From an uncultured Dehalococcoidia bacterium (lineage in GTDB: Bacteria > Chloroflexota > Dehalococcoidia > SM23-28-2 > RBG-16-64-32): a stretch of 64,000 bases of DNA. The notes beneath the pieces are model-generated. The model was not told where the DNA came from, ran no database searches, and saw only the letters and a program-made list of their open reading frames with translations. The stretch is taken from positions 37,520 through 101,519 of the forward strand of contig CAZLDI010000010.1 in NCBI GenBank assembly GCA_964558415.1. Direction: 5' to 3'. The position numbers and the translations under genes were made by a program. Shown here in pieces: positions 26,421-33,969 of the stretch. Positions within the stretch are counted from its first letter, which is position 1, and each line of letters begins with the position of its first letter.

Positions 26421-26771
26421 GTGAAAGACATTGATCGTTCAACCCTAGAATCGGCGATTCGGGATCAATTTCGAACTCAGGTAGCGTACCGGCGCTCCGA
26501 TGGTTCCATATCCGTACACGTGGTCGCCCCGATCGACATTCGCTTCGGCGAGACGGAAAAGACTGAGGCCACCGAGTATTTGTGGGCCTTTTGCTACGCC
26601 GAAGATCTTCCCGAGATGCATCGCTGTGATCGGATTCTCTCGGTTCGAGTGCTTGGTGAGCACTTCGACGCACGGGCGCTCCTCGATAGCTGGCCAACCA
26701 AGAAGTGGCCCTTACCGCAAGCTTGGCTGGTCCCCCGTCGATGGGACGCTGAGAAACCTGGCCAGACGTAA
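26421..26771 (+). CDS. Stand-alone WYL-domain-like protein
   Basis: QVAYRRSDGSISVHVVAPIDIRFGE...EYLWAFCYAEDLPEMHRCDRILSVRVLGEHFD fits the WYL pattern (i.Y...g....R.v.P......yL.a.C......r.FR.dRI.sv..l...F). No HTH is present. The start is GTG and the SD is weak. Confidence 0.5.
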   Translation: MKDIDRSTLESAIRDQFRTQVAYRRSDGSISVHVVAPIDIRFGETEKTEATEYLWAFCYAEDLPEMHRCDRILSVRVLGEHFDARALLDSWPTKKWPLPQAWLVPRRWDAEKPGQT

Positions 26772-26809
26772 GGGTAAGGGATGCGGGGAAGGTGGCTCCT
26801 ACCGCACTC

Positions 26810-26838
26810 TTTACACTCTAGCACATATGTGCTATACT
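26810..26838 (+). promoter_or_regulatory. Promoter TTTACA-17-TATACT containing a perfect 16-bp palindrome (operator candidate)
   Basis: TTTACA at 26810-26815 and TATACT at 26833-26838. The palindrome TAGCACATATGTGCTA at 26819-26834 fills the spacer and overlaps the -10 box. Confidence 0.55.
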
Positions 26839-26893
26839 CCATACGCCCAATCCGCCCCACCATCGCCACAAATCCCCCGCGAGGAGGCGCCCC

Positions 26894-27649
26894 ATGCCCT
26901 GCAGCGACAAGCACGGAACCTGTCCCGAGCGAGGCCGAAGGATACCAATCCGGTACGACTGGCCTGCGCAGAAGTACGAACTAGACCCGGAAGCCGAATC
27001 CGCGCTCAATCCGCGTGAATCCGCGGCCAAACCCGGTCCAAATGCATCCGTGCCCTCCGTGTCCTCCGTGGCCAAACCCGGCCGAGGCGGCCCCCGCCCC
27101 GGCTCCGGCCCCCCGAAAGGCAACCTCAACGCCCTCAAGCACGGCCGCTTCTCCACCCGCCACAAACAACTCCTCGAGGCCCTCCTCGTCGTCCCCGAGG
27201 CCCGCGAAGCGCTGATCTCCATCGCCAAACGCAACCGCCAGCGCGTCCGCAAAGCCGAACTCGAGGCCGCCTACCTCCTCATGCGCTGGCTCGCCCGCGA
27301 CAACCCCGCCGCCCTCCTCCCCACCCCTCCCCCGCCGGCGGCAGAAGAGTCTCCGCCCAGCGCAGGCCATACGGCCCGTCCGGGCGCTGAGGGTTCCGGC
27401 AACCAACCTCTCCCCTCTCCCGCGCACGGGAGAGAGGCCGGCCATGCGGCCCGTCCGGGGGGTGAGGTAAACGACCAAACCAAAAACGACCAGCTAATCC
27501 GGGCCCTCGCCAACATGCAACACGCCCTCGAAAAAAGAATTCTCCGAAAAACGACCAGACAACCCACCCCCAAAACCCCCCATCAACCAAACCCACCCAC
27601 CTCCGTCATCCCGACCGCAGCGCAGCGAAGTGGAGGGACCCGCCGCTGA
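26894..27649 (+). CDS. Hypothetical protein with basic GNLNALKHG motif and Pro-rich low-complexity tail
   Basis: A GAGGAGG SD lies 5 nt upstream and C-ending codons dominate. The core reads GGPRPGSGPPKGNLNALKHGRFSTRHKQLLEALLVVPEAREALISIAKRNRQRVRKAELEAAYLLMRW. I recognise no family. Confidence 0.5.
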   Translation: MPCSDKHGTCPERGRRIPIRYDWPAQKYELDPEAESALNPRESAAKPGPNASVPSVSSVAKPGRGGPRPGSGPPKGNLNALKHGRFSTRHKQLLEALLVVPEAREALISIAKRNRQRVRKAELEAAYLLMRWLARDNPAALLPTPPPPAAEESPPSAGHTARPGAEGSGNQPLPSPAHGREAGHAARPGGEVNDQTKNDQLIRALANMQHALEKRILRKTTRQPTPKTPHQPNPPTSVIPTAAQRSGGTRR

Positions 27650-27876
27650 CCCACGTCTGACCACCCGCAGCGCCCGCGACACCACCCACCCCTGTAGGGG
27701 CGTCGCATGCCGTCCCCACATACACCCCGCCGCCCTCCCGCACTCCCCGCAGGCATGCTGCGCCCTGACGCCCCGCATACCAATCACCCCCCTTCCCCCT
27801 TGCCCCTTGCCGTTTGCCCGCTTGCCCGTTTGTTGTATGCTCACCCCACCACCCACACACAAGGAGGACCACCCCG

Positions 27877-28917
27877 TTGAAAGCAGTCACCTTCCAGGGC
27901 CCGTTCAAGGCCGAAGTCAAAGACATCGACGACCCCAAGATCCAGGACGGCAACGACGTCATCCTCAAGGTCACCACCGCCGGCATCTGCGGCTCCGACG
28001 TCCACGCCTACGACGGCCGCATGACCCTGCCGCCCACGGGCTGGTCCATGGGCCACGAATACATCGGCGAGGTCGTCGAAGTCGGCCCCAGCATCAAGAA
28101 CTTCAAGGTCGGCGACCGCGCCGTCGGCTCCTTCACCTCCTCCTGCGGCGACTGCTACTACTGCCAGACCGGCTGGCCCAGCCAGTGCGCCAAACAGCAG
28201 ACCTTCGGCTTCCTGATGCTCCCCGGCGCCCAGGCGGAGTACCTGCGCGTGCCCAACGCCCACTACACGCTGGAGAAGGTCCCCGACGGCCTCTCCGACG
28301 AGAAGGCCGTCTTCGTCGGCGACATCTTCAGCACCGGCTACTTCTGCGCCGACCGCGGCGACATCAAGCCCAACGACGTCGTCGTCGTCATCGGCTCCGG
28401 CCCCGTCGGCCTCTTCACCCAGATGAACGCCCTGCTCTTCGAGCCCAAGATCGTCCTCGCGATTGACTCCATGCCCGAGCGCCTCGAGATGTCGAAGAAG
28501 ATCGGCGCCACCCCCGTCGACATGTCGAAGGTGGACCCGATCGCCGTCGTCCGCGAGCACAGTGAGGGCCGCGGCGCGGACGTCGTCCTGGAGGCTGTCG
28601 GCATCGAGGCATCCCTCAAGTCCGCGTTCCAGTACGTGCGCCCCGCCGGCACCATCAGCGCCGTGGGGATGTACACAGAGCCGGAGTTCCCCTTCCCCAT
28701 GTTCCTGGCCTTCCTGCGCGACCTCACCTTCAAGATCGGCGTCTGCCCCGTCAAGCGCTACATGCGCCAGATGCTGGACACGATCGCCGCCGGCAAGCTT
28801 GACCCCTCCGCCATCATCACCCACACCCTCCCCCTCAGCGACGCCGCCCGCGGCTACGATATCTTCCACCACCGCAAGGAGAACTGCATCAAAGTGGTCC
28901 TCAAGCCCCACGGTTAG
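27877..28917 (+). CDS. Zn-dependent medium-chain dehydrogenase (formaldehyde/alcohol dehydrogenase-like)
   Basis: TTG start at 27877, 8 nt after AAGGAGG. Motifs: GICGSDVH, GHEYIGEVVEVG, the structural-Zn cluster CGDCYYCQTGWPSQC, and GSGPVG. Confidence 0.85.
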   Translation: MKAVTFQGPFKAEVKDIDDPKIQDGNDVILKVTTAGICGSDVHAYDGRMTLPPTGWSMGHEYIGEVVEVGPSIKNFKVGDRAVGSFTSSCGDCYYCQTGWPSQCAKQQTFGFLMLPGAQAEYLRVPNAHYTLEKVPDGLSDEKAVFVGDIFSTGYFCADRGDIKPNDVVVVIGSGPVGLFTQMNALLFEPKIVLAIDSMPERLEMSKKIGATPVDMSKVDPIAVVREHSEGRGADVVLEAVGIEASLKSAFQYVRPAGTISAVGMYTEPEFPFPMFLAFLRDLTFKIGVCPVKRYMRQMLDTIAAGKLDPSAIITHTLPLSDAARGYDIFHHRKENCIKVVLKPHG

Positions 28918-29073
28918 GGAGTGCGGCGAGGAAGTGTCATTCTGAGCGACGGCCAGGCCCGCAGGCAGCAAGCCGGCCCGCCGCGAAGCCGAAGGCCCTC
29001 CTCTGGAGGGGAATCTGGGCGGGGTGGGGGAGGTGCGTCAGATCGCTTGGAGGCGCGATACGTCGATCGCTCG

Positions 29074-30123
29074 ATGATCACCCGCGCGCTGGTACTGACC
29101 ACGGCGCTCCTCGCTGTCGCTTCTGCTTGCGGCGACGGCGACGGCCCCGCGCCGCGGACTGCCACGCCCTCGCCCGCGGCGACAACCTCCAGCGCCAGCC
29201 CCACGACCGCCCCTTCCCCCGGCTGGCGCCAGCTCGCCTCGATGCCCACGCCCCGCACCGAGGTCGCGGCCGCTGAGTTGAACGGCCAGATATACGTGAT
29301 CGGCGGCTTCCTCGTAGATGGCACAGCCAGCGACAAGGTTGAGGTCTACGACCCGCCCTCCGACAGCTGGTTCGTGGTGGCCGCGCTCCCGGAGACCCGT
29401 CACCACGCCGCCGCCGTCGCTATGGACGGCGTCCTCTACGTGATCGGCGGCTACCGCACGACCTTCGGCGACGCCACGGACACCGTTTTCGCCTACGACC
29501 CCGTCGCCAACTCCTGGACGCAGCGAGAACGCATGCCCACCGCCCGCGGCGCGCTCGCCGTCGCCGCCTCCGGCGGGCTGATCTACGCGATCGGCGGCGC
29601 CCGCACCGGCCCCGGCGGCAGCACCGAGAGCATTGCCGACGTTGCCGCGTACGATCCCGAGGCAGACAGCTGGAGCGTGGTCAGCGCGATGGCAACAGCG
29701 CGCGACCACCTGGCCGCCGCGGCAGCAGCCCCGGGCGTCTCGGACCCAGCTCCAGGCGCAATCTTCGCCATCGGCGGCCGCGCTGGTGGCGACTTCGGCC
29801 GCAACCTCGCCGCCAACGAGGCGTATCTCCCTGTCCGCGACACGTGGTCCAGTGGTTTGATGCTACCTACGGCGCGCAGCGGCATCGCTGCCGCCACGCT
29901 GCACGGGCGTATCTACGTCTTCGGCGGGGAGGGCGCCGGCGGAACGTTCGACGATAACGAGGTCTACGACATGAAAGCTAATCGTTGGAGCTTCGCGCCG
30001 CGGATGCCCACGGCGAGGCATGGCCTCGGTGCTGCCGTCGTCGGGGATACGATGTACGTTATTGGCGGCGGCCCAACCCCGGGCCTCTCCGTCAGCGGCG
30101 CGAACGAGGCGTTCACGCCGTAG
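29074..30123 (+). CDS. Kelch-repeat lipoprotein
   Basis: The internal ATG 29074 gives MITRALVLTTALLAVASAC (lipobox). There are about 6 Kelch units of the form G.IYV.GG..., e.g. LNGQIYVIGGF, DGVLYVIGGY, GGLIYAIGGA. Confidence 0.8.
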   Translation: MITRALVLTTALLAVASACGDGDGPAPRTATPSPAATTSSASPTTAPSPGWRQLASMPTPRTEVAAAELNGQIYVIGGFLVDGTASDKVEVYDPPSDSWFVVAALPETRHHAAAVAMDGVLYVIGGYRTTFGDATDTVFAYDPVANSWTQRERMPTARGALAVAASGGLIYAIGGARTGPGGSTESIADVAAYDPEADSWSVVSAMATARDHLAAAAAAPGVSDPAPGAIFAIGGRAGGDFGRNLAANEAYLPVRDTWSSGLMLPTARSGIAAATLHGRIYVFGGEGAGGTFDDNEVYDMKANRWSFAPRMPTARHGLGAAVVGDTMYVIGGGPTPGLSVSGANEAFTP

Positions 30124-30300
30124 CGACGGTTGCTTCAGCTCTGTCCTTACGATTGCTATCTGAATCAGCCTGGTCAGCACAGAATCGATGCCGCGATGCA
30201 CCGGCACGTAGGGACGGTTGCTTCAGCTCGGTCCTGACGGTGCTATCCTGAATCAGCCTGCTCAGCACGGAGTGTCGATCCCGCAATGCCCTCGACCGAA
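30124..30300. repeat. Tandem duplication (about 90-bp unit, 2 copies, about 80% identical) of the SnoaL-gene 5' region
   Basis: Copy A is 30124-30211 and copy B is 30212-30300. Both start cgtag(c/g)gacggttgcttcagctc and both contain an ATG (30196 and 30286). The first ATG opens a 13-codon uORF. Confidence 0.85.
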
Positions 30301-30699
30301 GCGAACAAAGCCCTCGTCCGCCGCTACTACGAGGAGATGTGGAACCGCTGGGACCTCTCGGCGGCGGCCGAGCTGCTCTCCCCGGATGTGCGCTTCCGCG
30401 GCTCCCTCGGCGACGAAGCCGAAGGCGTTCGCGCCTTCCGCCGCTACGCCCGCAAGGTCTGGCTCGCCTTCCCTGACTTCCACAACGAGATCGAAGAGTT
30501 GATCGCGGAGGGCGACACAGTGGTCGCCCGCCTGACCTACACCGGTACGCACCGCGGCGAACTATGGGGCATTGGTGCCACCGGCCGGCGCGTCGAGTAC
30601 GAAGGCGTCGCCACCTTCCGCATCGCAGGGGGCAGGATCGCAGAAGTTGCTGTCATCGCTGACACGTTGGCGCTGCTGAAGCAACTCCAAGAAATGTGA
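30286..30699 (+). CDS. SnoaL-like / predicted ester cyclase family protein
   Basis: Family-typical sequence: NKALVRRYYEEMWNRWDLSAAAELLSPDVRFRG...FPDFHNEIEELIAEGDTVVARLTYTGTHRGE. Confidence 0.75.
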   Translation: MPSTEANKALVRRYYEEMWNRWDLSAAAELLSPDVRFRGSLGDEAEGVRAFRRYARKVWLAFPDFHNEIEELIAEGDTVVARLTYTGTHRGELWGIGATGRRVEYEGVATFRIAGGRIAEVAVIADTLALLKQLQEM

Positions 30700-30709
30700 C
30701 CAAGGGCTC

Positions 30710-30767
30710 TTGACAGCGTGTCACGGCGGGTTAGAATAGGGTGTGTAGACCCCCACCCGGGGGGTAT
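30710..30767 (+). promoter_or_regulatory. Promoter TTGACA-16-TAGAAT plus GC-rich quasi-palindrome (CsoR operator candidate)
   Basis: TTGACA at 30710-30715 and TAGAAT at 30732-30737. TAGACCCCCACCCGGGGGGTAT at 30746-30767 resembles the ATACCC...GGGTAT type of CsoR operator. Confidence 0.55.
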
Positions 30768-30783
30768 GGGTAGGAGCCAGGAG

Positions 30784-31050
30784 ATGGAAGACGAAGTCAG
30801 GCAGGACGTCCTCAAACGCCTCAGCTACATCGAAGGGCACCTTAAAGGCGTGCGCGGCATGATCGAGGAAGACAAGTACTGCCCAGAGGTGCTGAAGCAG
30901 ACGTTCGCCGTTCGTCGCGCCATCGAGAAGATGGAGGGGATGATGCTGGACGGCCACCTGCACCACTGTGTCGTTGAGGGGATCAGAGACGGTCGCGAGG
31001 AGCAGGTGATCGGCGAGCTGCTGGAGCTGTACGAGCTGGCGAACAAGTGA
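30784..31050 (+). CDS. csoR: CsoR/RcnR-family metal-sensing repressor
   Basis: RLSYIEGHLKGVRGMIEEDKYCPEVLKQTFAVRRAIEKMEGMMLDGHLHHCV has the Cys/His/Cys ligand pattern of Cu(I)-sensing CsoR. ATG 30784 follows an AGGAG SD. Confidence 0.85.
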   Translation: MEDEVRQDVLKRLSYIEGHLKGVRGMIEEDKYCPEVLKQTFAVRRAIEKMEGMMLDGHLHHCVVEGIRDGREEQVIGELLELYELANK

Positions 31051-31096
31051 GCGTCAATGGAATTCGCTGGTCAGGTCAGCGATAAGGAGGACCAAC

Positions 31097-31279
31097 ATGG
31101 AATGGGTAATCATCCCGATCGTTCTCATGGCGCTTCTGTGCCCGATCATGATGGTGGGTATGATCGTCGGCGGCTGGATCTTCGGCCGACGGGCGATGGG
31201 TAGCCACAGTACTCACGGCATCTGCATGGGGCATGGAGAGCATCAACCCGGCGGGCGGGACCAGCCAGCCACGAAGTAG
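31097..31279 (+). CDS. Small membrane protein with His-rich tail (DUF2933-like)
   Basis: MEWVIIPIVLMALLCPIMMVGMIVGG...HSTHGICMGHGEHQ. A strong SD (AAGGAGGA) lies upstream and the gene sits in a metal-cluster context. Confidence 0.6.
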   Translation: MEWVIIPIVLMALLCPIMMVGMIVGGWIFGRRAMGSHSTHGICMGHGEHQPGGRDQPATK

Positions 31280-31286
31280 CGCAACC

Positions 31287-32390
31287 ATGGTCCCTGTGGC
31301 GCGCCGGAACCTGTTCGCGGAGAAAGGGCGCTTCGCCATCTCCGTCTCAGGAGTGGCGTTTGCCGTTCTTCTCATTCTGATCGTCCTCGCACTCTACCGC
31401 GGATGGAGCCGCACCGGAGCGACGTTCCGCGAGCTGCCCGGACAGCTCTGGGTCGTTCAGGAGGGGACGCGCGATCCGTTCCATTCGGTATCACTGATCG
31501 AGACGTCCGATCTCGTTCCTCTCGCCGGCGTTCCCGGGATCGAGGCAGTCGTGCCAGTGCTCTCCAGGACTACGGCCTTCGATGTCGAAGGTTCCGAGCA
31601 GTCCGCCACACTGATGGCGCTTGGCATTCCTGACGAACTGGCGCTCGACCAGAAGCAACGGGAGAAATTCCTGCCCCCGCGCGGTGAGATCATCATAGAG
31701 GCGACGCTGAGCCGTAAATCGGGGCTGGGCGAGGGGGATGTTGTGACGCTCGGGTCGGTGCCGCTAAGAGTTGGCAGCGTGCGCCCCCGCAGCGCCGAGG
31801 TCCTGACGCCCTTCGCTTTCATTAACTTCCAGGACGCTCGAGAGATCTTCGGTGGCGCCACCACCGTCAACTATGGAATGGTTGTCCTCCAGGAAGGAAC
31901 TGAGTTGGCGCCGGTGCGCGAAGCGCTACTCGCGAGGTATCTTCGCGGGGCGGTCCTCTCATCAGAAGAGTTCGCAGAGTCGATACGCAAAGAGATAGAC
32001 GAGAGCTTCATACCCGTGATCGTGGTGCTGGTGGCGATCGGCTTCGTCGTGGGCGCAGCGGTAGTCGGGCTTACGATCTACACGGCAACGATTGAGAGGA
32101 CGCGCGAGTTCGGGGTGATGAAGGCTGTCGGCGGCTCGCCCTTCTTCCTGTACCGGGTAGTCCTATCTCAGAGCGCAATGTTGACCGCCGGCGGATTTGC
32201 CGTGGGGTTGCTGGCGGCGTTCGTCGTGGCGCGGCTGGCGGAGCGCGCGGTGCCGGAATTCGTAACGGAGTTTCAGCTCAGAGACGTGGCCGTTGTCTTT
32301 GCGGCCTCGGGAGTCATGTCCGTGCTGGCGGCGTTCCTGCCGGTCCGCCGTGTCAATAGTATCGATCCGGCGATAGTGTTCAGAGCGTGA
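31287..32390 (+). CDS. ABC transporter permease, FtsX/MacB-like
   Basis: N-terminal TM (RRNLFAEKGRFAISVSGVAFAVLLILIV), a large periplasmic domain, and a C-terminal FtsX 3-TM bundle with the RTREFGVMKAVGG motif. Confidence 0.8.
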   Translation: MVPVARRNLFAEKGRFAISVSGVAFAVLLILIVLALYRGWSRTGATFRELPGQLWVVQEGTRDPFHSVSLIETSDLVPLAGVPGIEAVVPVLSRTTAFDVEGSEQSATLMALGIPDELALDQKQREKFLPPRGEIIIEATLSRKSGLGEGDVVTLGSVPLRVGSVRPRSAEVLTPFAFINFQDAREIFGGATTVNYGMVVLQEGTELAPVREALLARYLRGAVLSSEEFAESIRKEIDESFIPVIVVLVAIGFVVGAAVVGLTIYTATIERTREFGVMKAVGGSPFFLYRVVLSQSAMLTAGGFAVGLLAAFVVARLAERAVPEFVTEFQLRDVAVVFAASGVMSVLAAFLPVRRVNSIDPAIVFRA

Positions 32391-33247
32391 CGATGAGCGG
32401 GTCCACGGAGATACTGCGACTTTCAGGGATAACAAAGGTCTTCGGGACAGGCGAGGCCGCCGTGCGAGCCGTCGACGGTGTCGACCTGGTTGTGTCACCC
32501 GGTCAGCTTGTGCTGATCATGGGACCGTCAGGGTCGGGTAAGACAACACTACTGACGATCATCGCGGGGCTGCTGCGCCCCACCTCCGGGACCGTCGAGA
32601 TCGACGGAGTCGAGATCAGTTCACTGAGCGAGGCGCAACTTACACCTGTGCGCCGGAGCAAGGTGGGTTTCGTGTTTCAGTCCTTCAACCTCTGGGAGAC
32701 GCTGAGCGTCCGGGAGAACGTTGAACTGCCGCTCAACATGGCGGGCGTCGGTGGGTCGACCGCCCGTGGGCGCGCCGAGCAGTTACTGCGTGACCGCGGC
32801 CTCGAGCATCGCCTTCGCTTCCGCACCCGTGATCTCTCCGGGGGCGAGAAGCAGCGCGTGTCGATAGCGCGGGCGCTGGCCAATGAACCGCGTCTACTAC
32901 TGGCGGATGAGCCCACCGCGAATCTCGATTCGAAGCACGGACGAGACGTGATGCGCCTGCTCCACGACATCGCGAGCAACGGCGAGCGAGCGGTGATAGC
33001 GGTGAGCCATGACGAGCGCATCAGGGAAGTCGCAGACCGGGTCTTGTGGATGGAAGACGGCCGCGTCGGGGACATCGGGCGGCTGGCTCGAGACCCTGTT
33101 TGCGGGATGAGCGTCGACACTGAGAGCGCGGTCACAGTCGAATACGCGGGCAACGCATTTCAGTTCTGCTCGCGTGGGTGCAGCTGGGAGTTCCAGACGG
33201 ACCCGCGAGAGTTCGCCAGCCGCGTTAGCGTTGCTGAGGAGAAATGA
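32387..33247 (+). CDS. ABC transporter ATP-binding protein fused to a C-terminal YHS/TRASH-type metal-binding domain
   Basis: Walker A GPSGSGKTT, signature LSGGEKQRV, Walker B LLLADEPT. The C-terminus is DPVCGMSVDTESAVTVEYAGNAFQFCSRGCSWEFQTDP (YHS pattern). Confidence 0.85.
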   Translation: MTMSGSTEILRLSGITKVFGTGEAAVRAVDGVDLVVSPGQLVLIMGPSGSGKTTLLTIIAGLLRPTSGTVEIDGVEISSLSEAQLTPVRRSKVGFVFQSFNLWETLSVRENVELPLNMAGVGGSTARGRAEQLLRDRGLEHRLRFRTRDLSGGEKQRVSIARALANEPRLLLADEPTANLDSKHGRDVMRLLHDIASNGERAVIAVSHDERIREVADRVLWMEDGRVGDIGRLARDPVCGMSVDTESAVTVEYAGNAFQFCSRGCSWEFQTDPREFASRVSVAEEK

Positions 33248-33969
33248 GCATGGTAAAGATGGGGCGTGCGCGGTGCCCGCGGGGAGCAGGTAGCGGTCGA
33301 AGGAGAATCACAATGCACCACAAGCAAACGGCACTCAAGGCCGGCGAAGCCCCGCGAACAGAGGGCAGGATCATCCGCTGGGCGCGCTGGTACGACCTCG
33401 TCAGCGGTATCCTGTCCCTCGGCCGGGGCGACGCGATCTGCCGGACGACCGTTGAGGTGGCCGACGTCCGACCGGGCGAGAGGGTCCTCGACGCCGGGTG
33501 TGGCACCGGTACCCTCGCTCTTGCCCTGAAGGAGAATGCGGGTCGGCAGTGCGAGGTCACCGGCATCGACGCGTCGCCCGAAATGATTGGCGTCGCCGGC
33601 AAGAAAGCTCGGCGCGCGAACGCGGACATCGCTTTCCAGGTCGAAGCCATCGAAGCTCTCTCGTTTCCTGACGAGAGCTTCGACCTCGTCACCAGCACGA
33701 TGATGCTCCACCACCTGCCGGAGGACGTCGAGCGCGCCGGGTTGGTTGAAGTGTACCGCGTGCTCAAGCCGGGCGGCCGTCTGCTGGCCGTCGACTTCGA
33801 CTCGGAGAGCGGCTCAATCCTCGGTCATCTCCTGTCAGTGCTCGGTCACAAGCACGGTGATAGCAGCTATCCGGCACTTGGGAAGACGCTGCATTCAGCC
33901 GGTTTCACGGCGGTAGAGAAAGCTGAGACGAAGCATAAGCAGCTGATGTTCGTGAAGGCCAGGAAGTGA
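33244..33969 (+). CDS. Class I SAM-dependent methyltransferase
   Basis: Motif [13 protein letters not shown] and post-[15 protein letters not shown]. The start is uncertain (33244, 33250 or 33313). Confidence 0.75.
   Translation: MSMVKMGRARCPRGAGSGRRRITMHHKQTALKAGEAPRTEGRIIRWARWYDLVSGILSLGRGDAICRTTVEVADVRPGERVLDAGCGTGTLALALKENAGRQCEVTGIDASPEMIGVAGKKARRANADIAFQVEAIEALSFPDESFDLVTSTMMLHHLPEDVERAGLVEVYRVLKPGGRLLAVDFDSESGSILGHLLSVLGHKHGDSSYPALGKTLHSAGFTAVEKAETKHKQLMFVKARK

Noticed and set aside
26269-27018. ORFs 26269-26697 (minus), 26445-26663 (minus), 26500-27018 (plus) and 26594-26914 (minus) overlapping the WYL gene and the palindrome promoter
   Set aside because: None has motifs or start signals. 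They overlap the better-supported WYL frame and a promoter/operator. I cannot exclude a small antisense product, but nothing supports one.
22950-27650. Integrated prophage or integrative element with integrase and att sites
   Set aside because: I found no integrase or recombinase, no tRNA target and no convincing flanking direct repeats by eye. The only shared feature is the C-rich tracts, which are too degenerate to call att sites. I treat the region as a defence-island remnant rather than a defined mobile element.
27841-28971. 376-aa minus-strand ORF (and 27630-28466 plus) overlapping the Zn-dependent dehydrogenase gene
   Set aside because: The products are low-complexity (Gly/Ala/Asp/Val or Arg/Pro). 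The chosen frame shows complete MDR dehydrogenase motifs and an SD.
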